Source of the DNA: Lytechinus pictus
Lineage: Eukaryota
Direction of reading: 5' to 3'
Length of the DNA: 64,000 bases
NCBI RefSeq assembly: GCF_037042905.1
Contig: NC_087246.1
Location: 35,836,001 to 35,900,000, forward strand
How positions within the stretch are numbered: the stretch's first letter is position 1; each line of letters begins with the position of its first letter. This document shows, in pieces, positions 1 to 12,507 of the stretch. Below the pieces are notes generated by a model, which was not told the origin of the DNA, did not search any database, and was given only the letters and a program-made list of their open reading frames with translations. The position numbers and the translations under genes are program-made.

Positions 1-831
1 TTTTCATTTGGAAATACAGTGAATTAACTTGTGTTGTAGTCTAGTGTCAATCGTCATGACCATTGTGAAGAAATGGGGATACAACAGGAGGTCTCACGTC
101 TTTCACAAAATTTAAAGAATTAAGGATGACTTAACGGATGGTGCGTCAGAGCCACAGTGAAGATAACCATTTTGGTTTTAATTTTGATTTATTTTTGGTT
201 TATTTCATTTCTGTATCCATTTTTTTTTCAACATACAAATCAGAGATACATAATTAAAGGGTGTTTCTTTTAAAAAAGGGTAACCGAAGTTCAAAGGTCA
301 GTTATATCAGGAATACGTGATATATTATTGTGATATCTATTTTACATAACTGAGTAACTCATCAACTTTCATCGACACCTTGCTTGCGCCACAATTCGGA
401 GCCAGTTCGGAGTTCCATTCTGCGCATGATCAGAAGAAGGTCATTTGTACTAAAGTGACGAGGTGGTTTGATATTTAATGAGATAAGCACCAACTTTGAT
501 GTCTTGATTATTCATATATTCTTTTGAATTGGGTTTCCATTAGATAAAACTAAAAACAACAATGCGTCCATTAGCGACTGGTATTTCACAGTTGGCCAAA
601 TACATTGATATAACAAACAAACAAACTAGAAAACCTATCTTATTACAGCTTGTGAACCAATTTGGTCCATTGTCTTGATAAAAATGGTACTGATGCCAGG
701 AGCGTAAACATTTCCCCCATTGTGCTAAAATAGCAATTAAAAAAAGAACATAAAAATAAAGATGAAATCGGAGGGTCTAATTTTTACTCCTAGAGGATAG
801 GAGATAGGACTTGTATTGCATATCTGACCAG

Positions 832-1104
832 GGCACCGTCTTACAAAGTGTTACGATTGATCCGGTCACTTTCACGTATATGGAAATCCATCATTGTCAT
901 AATTTTTTCTTTAGGAAATTTGCTAATTGGTCCTTTGAAAACAAAAAGAAGCATACTGAATTGTCAAGAAAACAGTGGAGGTAAGAAAATATGCATCATA
1001 TCTAGAAAATATTTTGAACAAACATGTATGTTAGATGTTGACGTTGCTGGCTTTCCATAGTTGTGGTTGATTGGATCAATCGTAACTCTTTGTAAGACGG
1101 GGCC
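832..1104. mobile_element. MITE, PIF/Harbinger-like
   Basis: About 30-bp terminal inverted repeats GGCACCGTCTTACAAAG..TTACGATTGATCC / GGATCAATCGTAACTCTTTGTAAGACGGGGCC; 3-bp CAG duplication. Confidence 0.8.
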
Positions 1105-2085
1105 CAGGAAAAAACGGTATGCCGACCGTCTCATTTCGAAAATAAATCATCTCGTGACGAGATGTTTTTTATCACGTGAAACGTTGAATAGCCCTAATAC
1201 TTCAGCTAGTCACATAATTCCAAAAGTTAAGTGATAATTCTTTTGCATTTAGCAAAGGAAGTTCAGTGATTACCCTTCCTAGAATCAGTGTCAAATGGCA
1301 AATTACACTTTTGTCAATCAGCTATATCGATTCAAAAATCTTGGGAATGGATTGGGTCGAATGAATGTATTTTGCCTTCATGTTGTAATTATGCTCATGC
1401 CACATAATTGTAAGCAATTTGGTCAGTATACTGACTTGGATACTTTCATCACTTCAGTGGACAGTGAAAAATAATATATTGAGACAAATGTTCGACTCTT
1501 TAATACATTTTGTCTGCTGGCTGTTAAAGTTTGGATTTCATTTCATTTGGACATGAAAGTAGAGCACAGGACAGAGAAGGTAAAATTTATTTCCTGCTCT
1601 GCGTATAATTTCGGGTTTCTAGTTTTAAAATGGTACAGGTAATGTTAATTCAGCTCTAACTTTGCAGAATAAAAAAAAATGAAAGAAATAACACCATATG
1701 ATTATTCAAGACAAACTGTGCTGTCTTGCTCATAGTATTCCTGAACCAGGCAAATGGCAAGCCACACGTTTGATCTTAACAGTAAGAGAATAATAGAATA
1801 ATTAATGGTATCGAAAGTTCCTGAAAATAAAATGATATTTCGTGTCGGACTGCAGCTTTAAAGATAAAATGGGGCCAAATTTAAGGGGAAAAAAGTATTC
1901 AATAAAACCAGAATCGTTAAAAAACCCATAGCGAGTGTATATACGTTGTATTTTTTTTTTTTTACTGAATGGACGCTTCAAAAAGATCTGCTTCACTAAT
2001 ATGGAGATCATTTTTTGTTAAATAAACCGAAATTGCCAAGGAATGTTAAATACTTAGAACAGTCTAAAATTTTGAATAGCACAAC

Positions 2086-2333
2086 CAGGGGCGGATCCAG
2101 GATTTTCCAAAAGGGGAAGCACATTTCCCGAGGACAAGCAAAAAACAAAAAGGTTTTTTACCAATGAATAAGGACATTTCATCCACGAAAAAAATTTGAC
2201 AAGCAAAAAAAATACAAAAAAAAAACGGGGGCACACTTTATTTTAACGGCATTTTTACATTACAAATTTTAATTGTGACTCTTAAAAGGGGGGGGCACGG
2301 GCCGGCTGTGCCCCCCCCCTGGGTCCGCCAGTG
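2086..2333. mobile_element. MITE with CAGGGGCGGATCC termini (hAT-like)
   Basis: CAGGGGCGGATCCAGG ... CCTGGGTCCGCCAGTG; imperfect 8-bp flanks agcacaac/agcataat; absent at the paralogous site near 18335. Confidence 0.7.
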
Positions 2334-4105
2334 AGCATAATATTTGACTGATCCCATTTTGTCTGCGTATTCTTCACATCGTTTTGTAAATCATTACTTA
2401 CTTTGAAGATAAAATTTTCATTTTTTTTATTAAGAGAACCGCGTATGGGCCATTCTGGCAGTCTGTGTTTCTTTAAGAAGTATGTATATCTTTATCTACA
2501 TGAACACATAGTATTAATAACAAACATGATAGTTAGCCAAAACAGAATTGGGCGAAAACTAATGTTAAATCGATTTTAAACCAGATTTTGATGAGATTTT
2601 CAGCGCTATGCTTGTTTTTTTCTCTTTCTTTATAGTATAGGCGATTGGTTACCCCAAAAAGGCACTTTTGCTCAGAAAATGATTAAAGCATAAAACTTGG
2701 CCAATCATTCTTCACCTCATATTGATTATTTTCAGGAGTGGTGCCAAAATATTCAACACTTTCATTAGCAACGAATGCTAGGTAAGGGCAGATACCACCC
2801 CTATTGCTGAGTAAACAATTCTACAATATTTTTTAGAGGGGGCCCACACACTTCAAGCATTTGATTTTTAGTGGATCCCTCCATTTCTTCAGATCTTTAT
2901 AATGTGAATATTACTTTGCTTTTATATAATAATTTGTTTTATTTATGAACAATATTATAATACATTGTACCTACCTCAATTTGTATTGTTATAAGTTTCA
3001 TTTGCAAATGTCATTGGAATTATTTACGACCATTTTTTTATTCTGTTGAAAATGAAATAAAGCAAATTTAAATTTAAAATCCATTTGTTGCCACCCCTTG
3101 TGAATGGTGCTATTTTTGATTAATTATTCGTCTTTTCAAAGACAGCACAACCGTTATATTGAATGGCGTTATACAGACAAGACTGCCAGATGCGTTCCAC
3201 TTGTCTCTTTGAGTTCTTGGTGGTGACTTTTTCTTTCATCAGTAGGCCCTATCTTATTGTATATTTCACTTGAAGTATGGTGTGTGCTAACTTCCATGAG
3301 CACTGGCTAAAAAATGGGGAAGTACTTTAATCCGCAATGAGTTTTCTTGACTTTTTGGCCATAGTATGTGGTAACCATGGCAACACAATTTCTGACAAAT
3401 GCGAAGAGTGTGCCTTTCATCTCTTTCGCTCTAGACATTATGTGTGTACCAAATTTAACGGGCATAGAAGGAAGACGTAGTTCAATCCGCAAGATGTTTA
3501 CAGATTAATTGTAATATGCTGTTACCATGGCAACGCAGTTTGAAAAGTAATTTTTATAGGAGATTTGAAGTTTTAAATGTTTAATTGCATCATAATCATT
3601 TAATATCATTGGCCCATAGGCATCCTATGTTCTGGTTGCTGATGAAAATACGTTTCCTAACAGCCGCTGCTTTTCTAATTAGAGTTCATTTTCGGCACCA
3701 CAGTTGATGATGTTCGGAATGTTATTTTGATCATGTGTGACAGTTTCATGCTTTTATCACAATCTGAACATTTTTTTCATCAATCTCCTAGACTATTAGA
3801 ATTAACTTGAGAGTGGAAATTTACTAAAATTGCACTCAAGAGGTAACTGCAGTTTATGAATCAATTATTAAAAAGGAATCGAAATCATTTTATAAAGTAT
3901 TATAAACAGAACAAAATTAATTCATTTGGATGATTGATTCAAAGACATGATCGTAAATATACATAGATATATAGAAAATCAAAAATTTGGAATTGAAAGA
4001 AAAAAAGGGGCAAATTTTTTTTCAGAAACAAAATAATAATTGCTTACTGTTATTTTTTGCCACAGACACTACTGAAAGCCATTTAACGTTGTATATATAT
4101 ATTAT

Positions 4106-5048
4106 TGTTATATATAAGAAGAATCGTAAGACCAATAACATTCATTTATTTAGTTATTTCCTCTTTAAGGATATTCATAGCATAGAATGATTAAGAATAT
4201 TCCAGAATGTCTCAGTAAAGCTTTGTTAGACATGAGTAATCTTTGAGTAATCTTTGTTATTTCTGGAATGTCCAAAGACAATAGACAATAGACTGCTGGT
4301 GGCAGTGAAAATGACAATAGGATTAGCTATGTTGTTGACATTGTTAATTTCACTTAGGTCATTCAAGAGTCTTATAAAATTAGACTGCTCTAGAAATTGG
4401 CAGAATGTTCTTTTGTAGACAATACTAGAAGCTTCAAGAATAGTGAATACTAGAAGCTTCCAGAATAGTGAATAATTTATATATAAGCTGGCAGTTTCTT
4501 CAAGGAGATCACATCATATCAGATCAGAACTCAGAGTTTCACACCAGACTTTATGTCAGAGCATAGTTTATTTCCAACTGGAATATAACATTTTCTTCTG
4601 TGGAATTACTTGCACGCCATCAATGAACTGTTTGCAGTTACTTTGAGAGAGGAATTCTCAGTTCTCATCGAGATCATCAACCTGTTTCAATGAACGCTTT
4701 TCAACCCATGGATTGCTGAAATTGACTGTTAATCATCATCAACATCGTCTTCACAGACATTTCAACTCGTTACAGTGACTTTTGTTATTCATCGTGCTTT
4801 AACATCAATTTCATCATCGCCATCATTGTGAACTGTAATTTAAGGAATCTTCGCCAACCAACTTGGATTTTATTTGGATATACTATCATAACTTTGGATT
4901 GCAAATCTGACACTTCAAGAGATGTAAGATCAATATTTATTTATATTTTGTTAGTTAAAGATTGTTATATTTCCTGTATTAGATAAAACAAAAAGGAAAT
5001 CAAATTTAAAACTAAATTTTCATTGTTATTTGTTGCAGTATCGTAACA
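4106..5048 (+). mobile_element. Probable solo LTR
   Basis: TGTTA...TAACA termini, internal TATA near 4478 and short internal tandem duplications; absent at paralogous sites (about 22000, 37050); target duplication imperfect. Confidence 0.5.
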
Positions 5049-5992
5049 TAATATACTTTCCTTCTTTGTCTCTCTCTCTCTCTCTCTCTCTTTGTTCCAT
5101 TAATATCATATTTCATCTTTCTCTTTCCACGTATCTCTCTTTCTCTTATTTATGTCTGTCTGTCTCTATAACTCTCTCTCTCACCCCCACACACACACCA
5201 ACATAAATATAACACACCCACCTTTTGCATACTCATGCATTAGCTTTTCCACTCTTCATTTTGTATTATTTCAGCTCTTCATCGCGCACATCCACCTGAC
5301 TCACTGCCACCCCCTCTCTATACTGTATATTGGTTGTCTCTCAAATTATTTTTATTTCACCCCCTCTCTTTTAATCCTCCTAGTACCTCTTTCTTTCTTC
5401 GCCCCCTCTCTATCTTTCTCTCTCCCTAATTTCACAGGTACATGTACACATAACCACACACACACACCAGCTTTTTTATTTAGACTCTCTGTAGGATCTT
5501 TAGATGGCGAAGGAAATTCCCATTATCATTTCCTTACCTTGCACTATACTCTAACAGGATATATACAAAGAGGCACTTTACTATTATGGAACCCCTCCCC
5601 GGATAATTCCATTGTCCACTTGGAAGTTGTCTCACAATCCACCTCATTTACACAATTATCAATTAATTAAGTTTTCTTAAGTATATGTATTTCTTTCACT
5701 TTTCAACTTCCAATTACTTTTCTCCAACAATCCTACCAAAAGTAATCAAACTTATGAGAATGATTGAGACAAATTATAAGATTTTTCAATATTTGGTTAG
5801 AATTTTAATTTAAATATATTAGTGAATGGAAGAGATACAAACAAGCAACAAGCAGCATCTTAAAGTGTCATTTTATATAAGTCAATGAATGAATATTAAT
5901 GACATCAATCAAAAGTGATCTTCATACACATTGCAAAAAGGCAAAGGGAAGATGTGGTTCTGAGTTTCGACCCTTGACCTGCGATGACCGCC

Positions 5993-6860
5993 TCAGTCTG
6001 TTTCACTAGATTCAACGGATGACGATTCGGCAGAAACAGACGAAGAACGTCTGAAACGAGCTGCAAGTAACGAAAAGAAAAATGATAATGATTATTAACA
6101 TACGAAGAAACTCCTAAGATTAATCTGTATGCATATCAAATAAACATGAATATATTCTCTATATTCAAGGATAACATATATTTAGTTCGAAATACTTTAT
6201 ATCGGTTTGTGTTTTATAGTTTGGCAAAGGAGAAATCATAATAACCTAAATATTTTGTTTGATATGTGAATAAAGAAGACAAGAAAATTGTAAAAGAGAG
6301 AGAGAGAATTAAAATACTAATAATTATGATGGAAATTCTAATCAAAACTTTCAGTGAGTTCAACTATGATAAACGGAGAAGAGGAACAATCTATAAGATG
6401 ATCCTTTGCATGCGTGTCATAAATACATTTGGACGATATCACAAAGTGTCAACAAAAGTATTTTTAAAAATCTTTACATATGGCATTAGGAGATTTGAAG
6501 ATACTTACCTGTAGAGGAACAGTCGACAACTTCAAGGCAAATTTTTTCCAAGATTTCACAGGCATCAGCGCTATTCTGCTCTCCTTCCTCTACCAGACAC
6601 ACCATGTTATTCTCAGCTCCATCAAACAATTCCTGTTCAGTAAGAGTAAGAACTCCTCTTAGATCTTCTTCACACGTGTCAACCACCTGCCTGTATCTGT
6701 CACATAGGGCTTCGAACTGTGCAGTGCGATCGGTAGTTTGTGCTAAAAATAAAGGAAATTATCAAATCATGATTTTGCGTTGAATTTACCAGTAACACAA
6801 ATAAATAACCAGTGGAGATTTAAGCCAAAAAATTGAGGTGGCAAGGTATGGCGTATCGGG

Positions 6861-6909
<49 letters not shown>

Positions 6910-8085
6910 GTTTCGAGCGAGCGAAGCGAGAGAGCAAGTGTCGTCATTTTTATTTTCAAAATCCTATTTTGTGATAGATTTTGACATAATATTTAAAAAA
7001 TAATATATTTCATCCTTCTCTCTTTCTTTCCTTTTTCTCTTGTTCGTAAAAAAATTGAGGGTAGCAAGCGTCCCAAGAACCCCCCCCCCCCCCCGTCTGT
7101 ACGCCACTGTAACAAACCTATGATTTATATTGCAATAATGATCTGCACCATCATGATAAAACCAATATTATTGCACCAAAATGAACAAATTGACAAGTTT
7201 TGCTGTGTAATGTGGAAAAAAATTTAACATTTCCCAAACATAGATGTATCATATATAAAAGTGATTTCAAAATGATCATGATATATACCCAAATGAGAAA
7301 TATATCTGCAAATTTCGATAAATCCCTCTTTTTCTCTATTGATTTTTAAATGAAAAATTAAAAAATATATACCTTTGACTGCCATCGCAAAAACTGCAAC
7401 GAGACACAAACAAACGCAAAATGTTTTTACCTGTAGAAAGGAAAATAAATAAAATATTCAATTCATTTGTATACTCTAACATCATAGCTTTAAATGATAA
7501 CGTAAATATTCAAAGAATTAATTGAAATTTAGGTAAGACTGTCTTTTTGGAAACAACTTTGAGGATCTTTGCGGGTCAATTCCCTTGTTCATTAAAATTA
7601 GACTTTATTTCTTTACAAATAGATCTCGGAAGAGAAATAACACCCCCCCCCCAAAAAAAAAAAAAGGGAAAGGAATAAATAAATAAAATAAGTAATAAAA
7701 TAAAACAGGATGAAGAGTGATAATTAAATGGAATAAAAAAAGATATAACATAAAAAAATATAAAAATTGTAAAATTGAAGGAATTCAAAGATTATAAACC
7801 TAATGATTAAAATAAATGAAATTTAATAGCATATACCATTGGCGGACAAAAACATAAAGGTATACCCCGAATTGTGAGATCATAAAAAACCTCTGTTTTG
7901 GTATAATACAGATATCTATTTCTATTTTACTGTCAACATTTTCAGAAAGAATTCAAAATCCATGTTATCAAATTCATTCTTTTTTTCTTATTATATCCAG
8001 TTAAAACTAAATCAGGTTTACGCAGTTTAAACAGTATCTGCTGGAATAATTGGAAAAATAATATTGTACTTACCGATTGAGCCAT
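5993..8085 (-). CDS. Secreted six-Cys acidic protein precursor, copy 1 (subtype B), 123 aa, 4 coding exons
   Basis: complement join(8074..8085,7373..7430,6509..6742,5993..6060); GT-AG introns, phases 0/1/1; MAQSVKTFCVCLCLVAVFAMAVKA-QTTDRTAQFEALCDRYRQVVDTCEEDLRGVLTLTEQELFDGAENNMVCLVEEGEQNSADACEILEKICLEVVDCSSTARFRR-SSSVSAESSSVESSETD*. Confidence 0.92.
6810..7109. mobile_element. MITE with CAGTGG(CG) termini in intron 2, shared by subtypes A and B
   Basis: CAGTGGAGATT...GTACGCCACTG; counterparts near 11485, 15633, 24097, 39116 and 56911; partly deleted in copies 5, 7 and 8. Confidence 0.65.
6865..6906. repeat. (TA)n microsatellite in intron 2 of copy 1
   Basis: About 21 TA units; much shorter in paralogs. 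Confidence 0.95.
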
Positions 8086-10562
8086 TTCAGGAGTTTTGCT
8101 GAGTCAAGAGCTTTGAAAAAAAAGGTATTTCGAATGCTGATGGGTGAGTGATTAATGACTGTATTTTTCCCCTTTTATAGTATTTCAACATAATCAAAAT
8201 TTAGGTAGGAAATGTTTGTCTTTCACGATTGCGAGATTACAATATGATATGATAATTATGACAGTTTAAGATTTGAACAAAAGGACATATTGCGTAATTT
8301 GTTTGTGATAGGTAAAACTGTCATTACGAATTACGTTTCTAATTATATGCGTAATTAATATCTATACCATTAAGATGAAGTTGACAATTTGAAAGGTTAA
8401 AATAAAAAGAATAAACAAACAAAACGAGTGAACGACCAACTAATACGTTTGTAAAAGATCCAAGGACTGTATCTCTCTCTCTCTCTCTTTCTCTCTCCCT
8501 CAGTCTCACCTAAATGTAATTGACACGGTCTATTAATTATCTTGTTTCCTTTACCTTTGAAAGTAAACGAAACAATGAGAGTCATTTGCCGACAGATTTC
8601 TTGTTTGAATGTTTTATTTTGCTGTATAAAGCGAATTAGCTGGTGTTTTAGTCTATTATGAATCATTGTGAAGAAATGGGAATATACAAAGAGGTCTTAT
8701 GTCGTTAATTTTTTTTTAAGAATCAGTGATGATTTAACGGATGGTGTGTCAGAGCCACGGTTCAGACGACCTTATATTTTATTTCTTATATCGACGTCAA
8801 TTTTGTTACTTTTTATATGCATGTTCCTCATTAAAAAGCACCAGTACGATATCAATGCATAGTTTTATGAATAAAAGTCTATTTGATATAAATGATAAAA
8901 TCATACAGGATTCGAAAATGGACACATTTTACTGTTTCTACGAATTTATTAAGATCATGGAGTTTCACTAATCAAATTATTCGAGCGCGAAGCGTAAGCT
9001 GAAAATTTTTGACATTTTGAAATTTTGAAAGGACTGTCTTTAGGAATTAATCTTTATAAAAACAAAGGCGAGCACGAAGCGCGAGCTGAATTTTCTTTTA
9101 TATTCAGTCCTAAAAAGGGAACATTTTTAAGCACATAGTAATCATGAAAAAGATGCGTATGTAACTGAATGAAATAACGAGTTTGAAGCGCGAGGAGAAA
9201 CATTTGATATTAATTTGAAAACCGAATGTTTCAAGCGCCATTTAATCCCCTTGGAAGCGGAACATGATCAAATTTAACAGGCAATGCGTGCTCCGGGAGG
9301 AGTGGTGAACACATAGACCCCAAGCAAATTGTGTCTCATCAAATTCTGAAAAAAAAACTTATATTTCTTTTTTCCCGACCATAAATTTCTTTCTTTCCCG
9401 GTCTTTCTCTCCCTTTCCCACGTTTTTATTTTATTTTACTATATTCAATATTTTTTTTTTCCTTGTCGATTTTTTTTGGTCTTTTTTTTAATTTTTTTTA
9501 TTCATCTATTTTTTAGTGGGTGACACGTGCCACTCGTTACATCACTTATGGTACTAGATGTCACTTTTGACTGGGTTATGTACAAAATCTAGCTCTAATG
9601 ATAATGTAATGTATAATGCGTTTAGCAATTTGGATCTATCTTTGATCAATGCAATAACAAAAATATTCGAGTATACCCACTTGTTAACTTTTATATATTA
9701 AAGAAAAATCATATCAATGATCAGCTTATTTAATGGGTGAATTTCGCACTAACCAATATGACTTTTTAAATACATTTTCATATATTAGCGTGGAGTACTA
9801 GACTTGTTTATTTAATTATAATATTTCTCAATATTAAAAACACTAAGCAGTTGTTAAAAAATATTTGATGGAAAGTATTAGGTCCTATACAGTAGATCGA
9901 CCAACTACTCTAGAAGCCAATGACTGTCGGCTAATGCCAATCATAATTGTTTCATTTACTTTAAAAGGTAAATGAAACAAGACAATAGACCATGTCAAAC
10001 AAATTTAAGTGAGAGAGAGAGGGGGGTGAAAGAGAGAGAGAGAGAGAGAGAGGGGGGGAGAGACAGACAGAGACAGAAGGGAGATAGAGTAGGTCCTTGG
10101 CTCTAAACACAAGCGAATTAGTTGGTCGTTCACTCGTTTTATTAGTTTATTTTTAATATTTTACCTTTGAAACTGCCAACCTCATTTAAATAATATAAAT
10201 TAATTATACATGTAAATGGAAAACAAAATACATGATGTCAGTTTTACCTTTCACAAACAAATTACGTAAAATTCCCTTGGATTTCAACACAAAGAAAGGT
10301 ATTTATTGGTCGTTCACTCGTTTTGTTTGTTTATTCTCTTAATGTTGGCCTTTCAAACTGTCAACTTAATCTTAATTGGTACAGATATTAATTACGCAAA
10401 TAATTAGTAACAAAATTCGTAATGACAGTTTTACCTATCACAAACAAATTACGTAAAATGTCCTTTTGTTCTATTCTTACACTGTCGTATCATGTCATAA
10501 TCCAATCTCGCTTTCTTGAAAGCCAAACATTTCCAACCTAAATTTTGATTACTTTCAAATAC

Positions 10563-10569
10563 TATAAAA
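10563..10569 (+). promoter_or_regulatory. TATA box of copy 2; equivalents occur at all complete copies
   Basis: aatacTATAAAAggg about 90-100 nt upstream of the ATG in copies 1,2,4,5,6,7,8,9, followed 20-30 nt later by initiator-like TCATT/TCACT. Confidence 0.8.
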
Positions 10570-10661
10570 GGGAGAAAATATCTTCATTAATCACTCATTC
10601 ATCAGCGTTCTAAATAACACTTTATTTTCTCAAAACGCTCGGCTCAGCAAAACTCCTGAAA

Positions 10662-12507
10662 ATGGCTCAATCGGTAAGTAGAACATTACTTTGAAAAATT
10701 ATTCCAGCAGAAACAATTAAAACTGCAAACAGTTATAGTTTTAGATTTTAAGGCATTTTAAAGAGATATTGAAAGAAAAAAGAGCAAATTTGATGACATG
10801 GATTTTAATTTATTTGTGAATTTGTTTGTATACGTAAATAGAAATCTGCATTATACACCGAATGTTTATCTTGGATATCACAAGTCGGGGTATATCGTTT
10901 TGTTTCAGTCCCCCGATCCGCCAATGGTATATGCTATTAAATTCCTTTATATTAAGCATTAGGATTATAAACTTTATATTTATTGATTTTTTACAATTTT
11001 TATATTTTTTTTCATGCTATATCAATTTCATTCCATTTAATTATCACTCTTATTCCTGTTTAGTTTTTTTCCAATTTCAATTAATTCTTAAAATGTTCAT
11101 GTTATTATTTAAACTATTCTTTTAGAGTATACAAATGATTTTTTTTTTCTTCAATTTTTCCCTTTTACAGGTAAAAGCACTTTGCGTTTGTTTGTGTATC
11201 GTTGCATTTTTTGCGATGGGAGTGAAAGGTATGGATTTTTTTGTATATTTTTCAATTAAAAATTGATAGAGAAAAAGAGGCATTTATCGAAATTTGCAGA
11301 TATCTTTCTCATTTGGGTGCTGTTTCTATCGTGACTTTCATCATGCATGATACATCTATTTTGAGGAATGACATAAAACTTTTGATATTGTTAGGACAGC
11401 GAGTTTCCACATTACACAACAAAACATGTCAATTTGTTTATTTAGGTGCAATAATGTTTTTTTAATTGGGATATATGATTGTTACAGTGGCGTACAGGGG
11501 GGGGGGGGGTCTTGAGCACTTGCCCCCAAATAATCAAGACCAAGAAAATAAAGAGAAAAGGAAATAATTAAAGGGAAAGAGAGGAGGGTAAAATAAATTA
11601 TTTTCTGAATATTATCTCAAAATTTATGCTCGCTTGCTTCGCTCTCTCTAAGCTTTTTTAAAAACAAATTTTCCCGATACCCCATATCTTGCCCCCTCAA
11701 AACGTTTGGCTCAATATGCCACTAGTTTGTTATGTGTTTTACAGAAAAACTTTATGAAAAGTCACGATTTGATAATTTATTTCATTTCTAGCCCAAACTA
11801 CCGATCGCACTGCACAGTTCGAAGCCCTATGTGACAGATACAGGCTGGTGGTTGACACGTGTGAAGAAGACCTAAGAGGACTTCTTACATCTACTGAACA
11901 GTCCCTGTTCGATGAAGCTGAGAATGATATGGTGTGTCTGGTAGAGGAAGGAGAGCAGAATAGGGCTGAGGCCTGTGAAATCTTAGGAAAAATTTGCCTT
12001 GAAGTTGTTGACTGTTCCTCTACAGGTAAGTAATATCTCCAAATCCCCCAATGCATTTTATAAAGATTTTTTGCTGCTTTTTGTTGACACTATCGTCCAA
12101 AAATATTTATGATATGTAATCCAAAAGATCCCTCTTCCTATATTAGATTGTTGCTCTTCTCGGTTTATCATAGTTAAACTCAATGACATTTTCAAGTGTT
12201 TTAATTCTCTTTACACAATTTCTGGTCTTCATTATTCACATTTCAAACAAACGTAAGTCGTTATCATAACCTCTCCCTTTTCCAAAAGATAAAAACAAAC
12301 CGATATACAATATTTCAAATAAATTATCGTTAAATATCCATGTTTACATGATATGCATTCCGATTAATCATTGGAGTTTCTTCGTATGTAAATAATGCTT
12401 GCAATTATATTTCATTACTTGCAGCTCGTTTTAGACGTTCTTCGTCTGTCTCTGCCGAATCGTCATCCGTTGAATCTAGTGAAACAGAATCTAGTGAAAC
12501 AGACTGA
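10662..12507 (+). CDS. Secreted six-Cys acidic protein precursor, copy 2 (subtype A), 128 aa
   Basis: join(10662..10673,11171..11228,11792..12025,12425..12507); MAQSVKALCVCLCIVAFFAMGVKA-QTTDRTAQFEALCDRYRLVVDTCEEDLRGLLTSTEQSLFDEAENDMVCLVEEGEQNRAEACEILGKICLEVVDCSSTARFRR-SSSVSAESSSVESSETESSETD*; TATAAAA at 10563, AATAAA at 12668. Confidence 0.93.

Noticed and set aside
5152-5670. 172-aa ORF and similar S/L/H/T-rich ORFs (22089, 49505, 58716)
   Set aside because: Translations of CT/CA microsatellite-rich spacer; frames are not conserved between paralogous spacers.
6480-6686. ORF-track MVDTCEED... ORFs as complete genes, and their antisense ORFs (MALGDLK..., MHWGIWRY...)
   Set aside because: The first are internal parts of exon 3 opened at GTG and running into the intron. 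The antisense ORFs are shadows of the same exon.
11792-12025. Canonical saposin-like, insulin-like or CHH-family domain
   Set aside because: The final IC-x5-C recalls saposins, but there is no C-x2-C or CC motif and the spacing differs. Only a structure search could show a remote link.
12425-12440. RFamide neuropeptide (...ARF-RR)
   Set aside because: No glycine amide donor between RF and the dibasic site.
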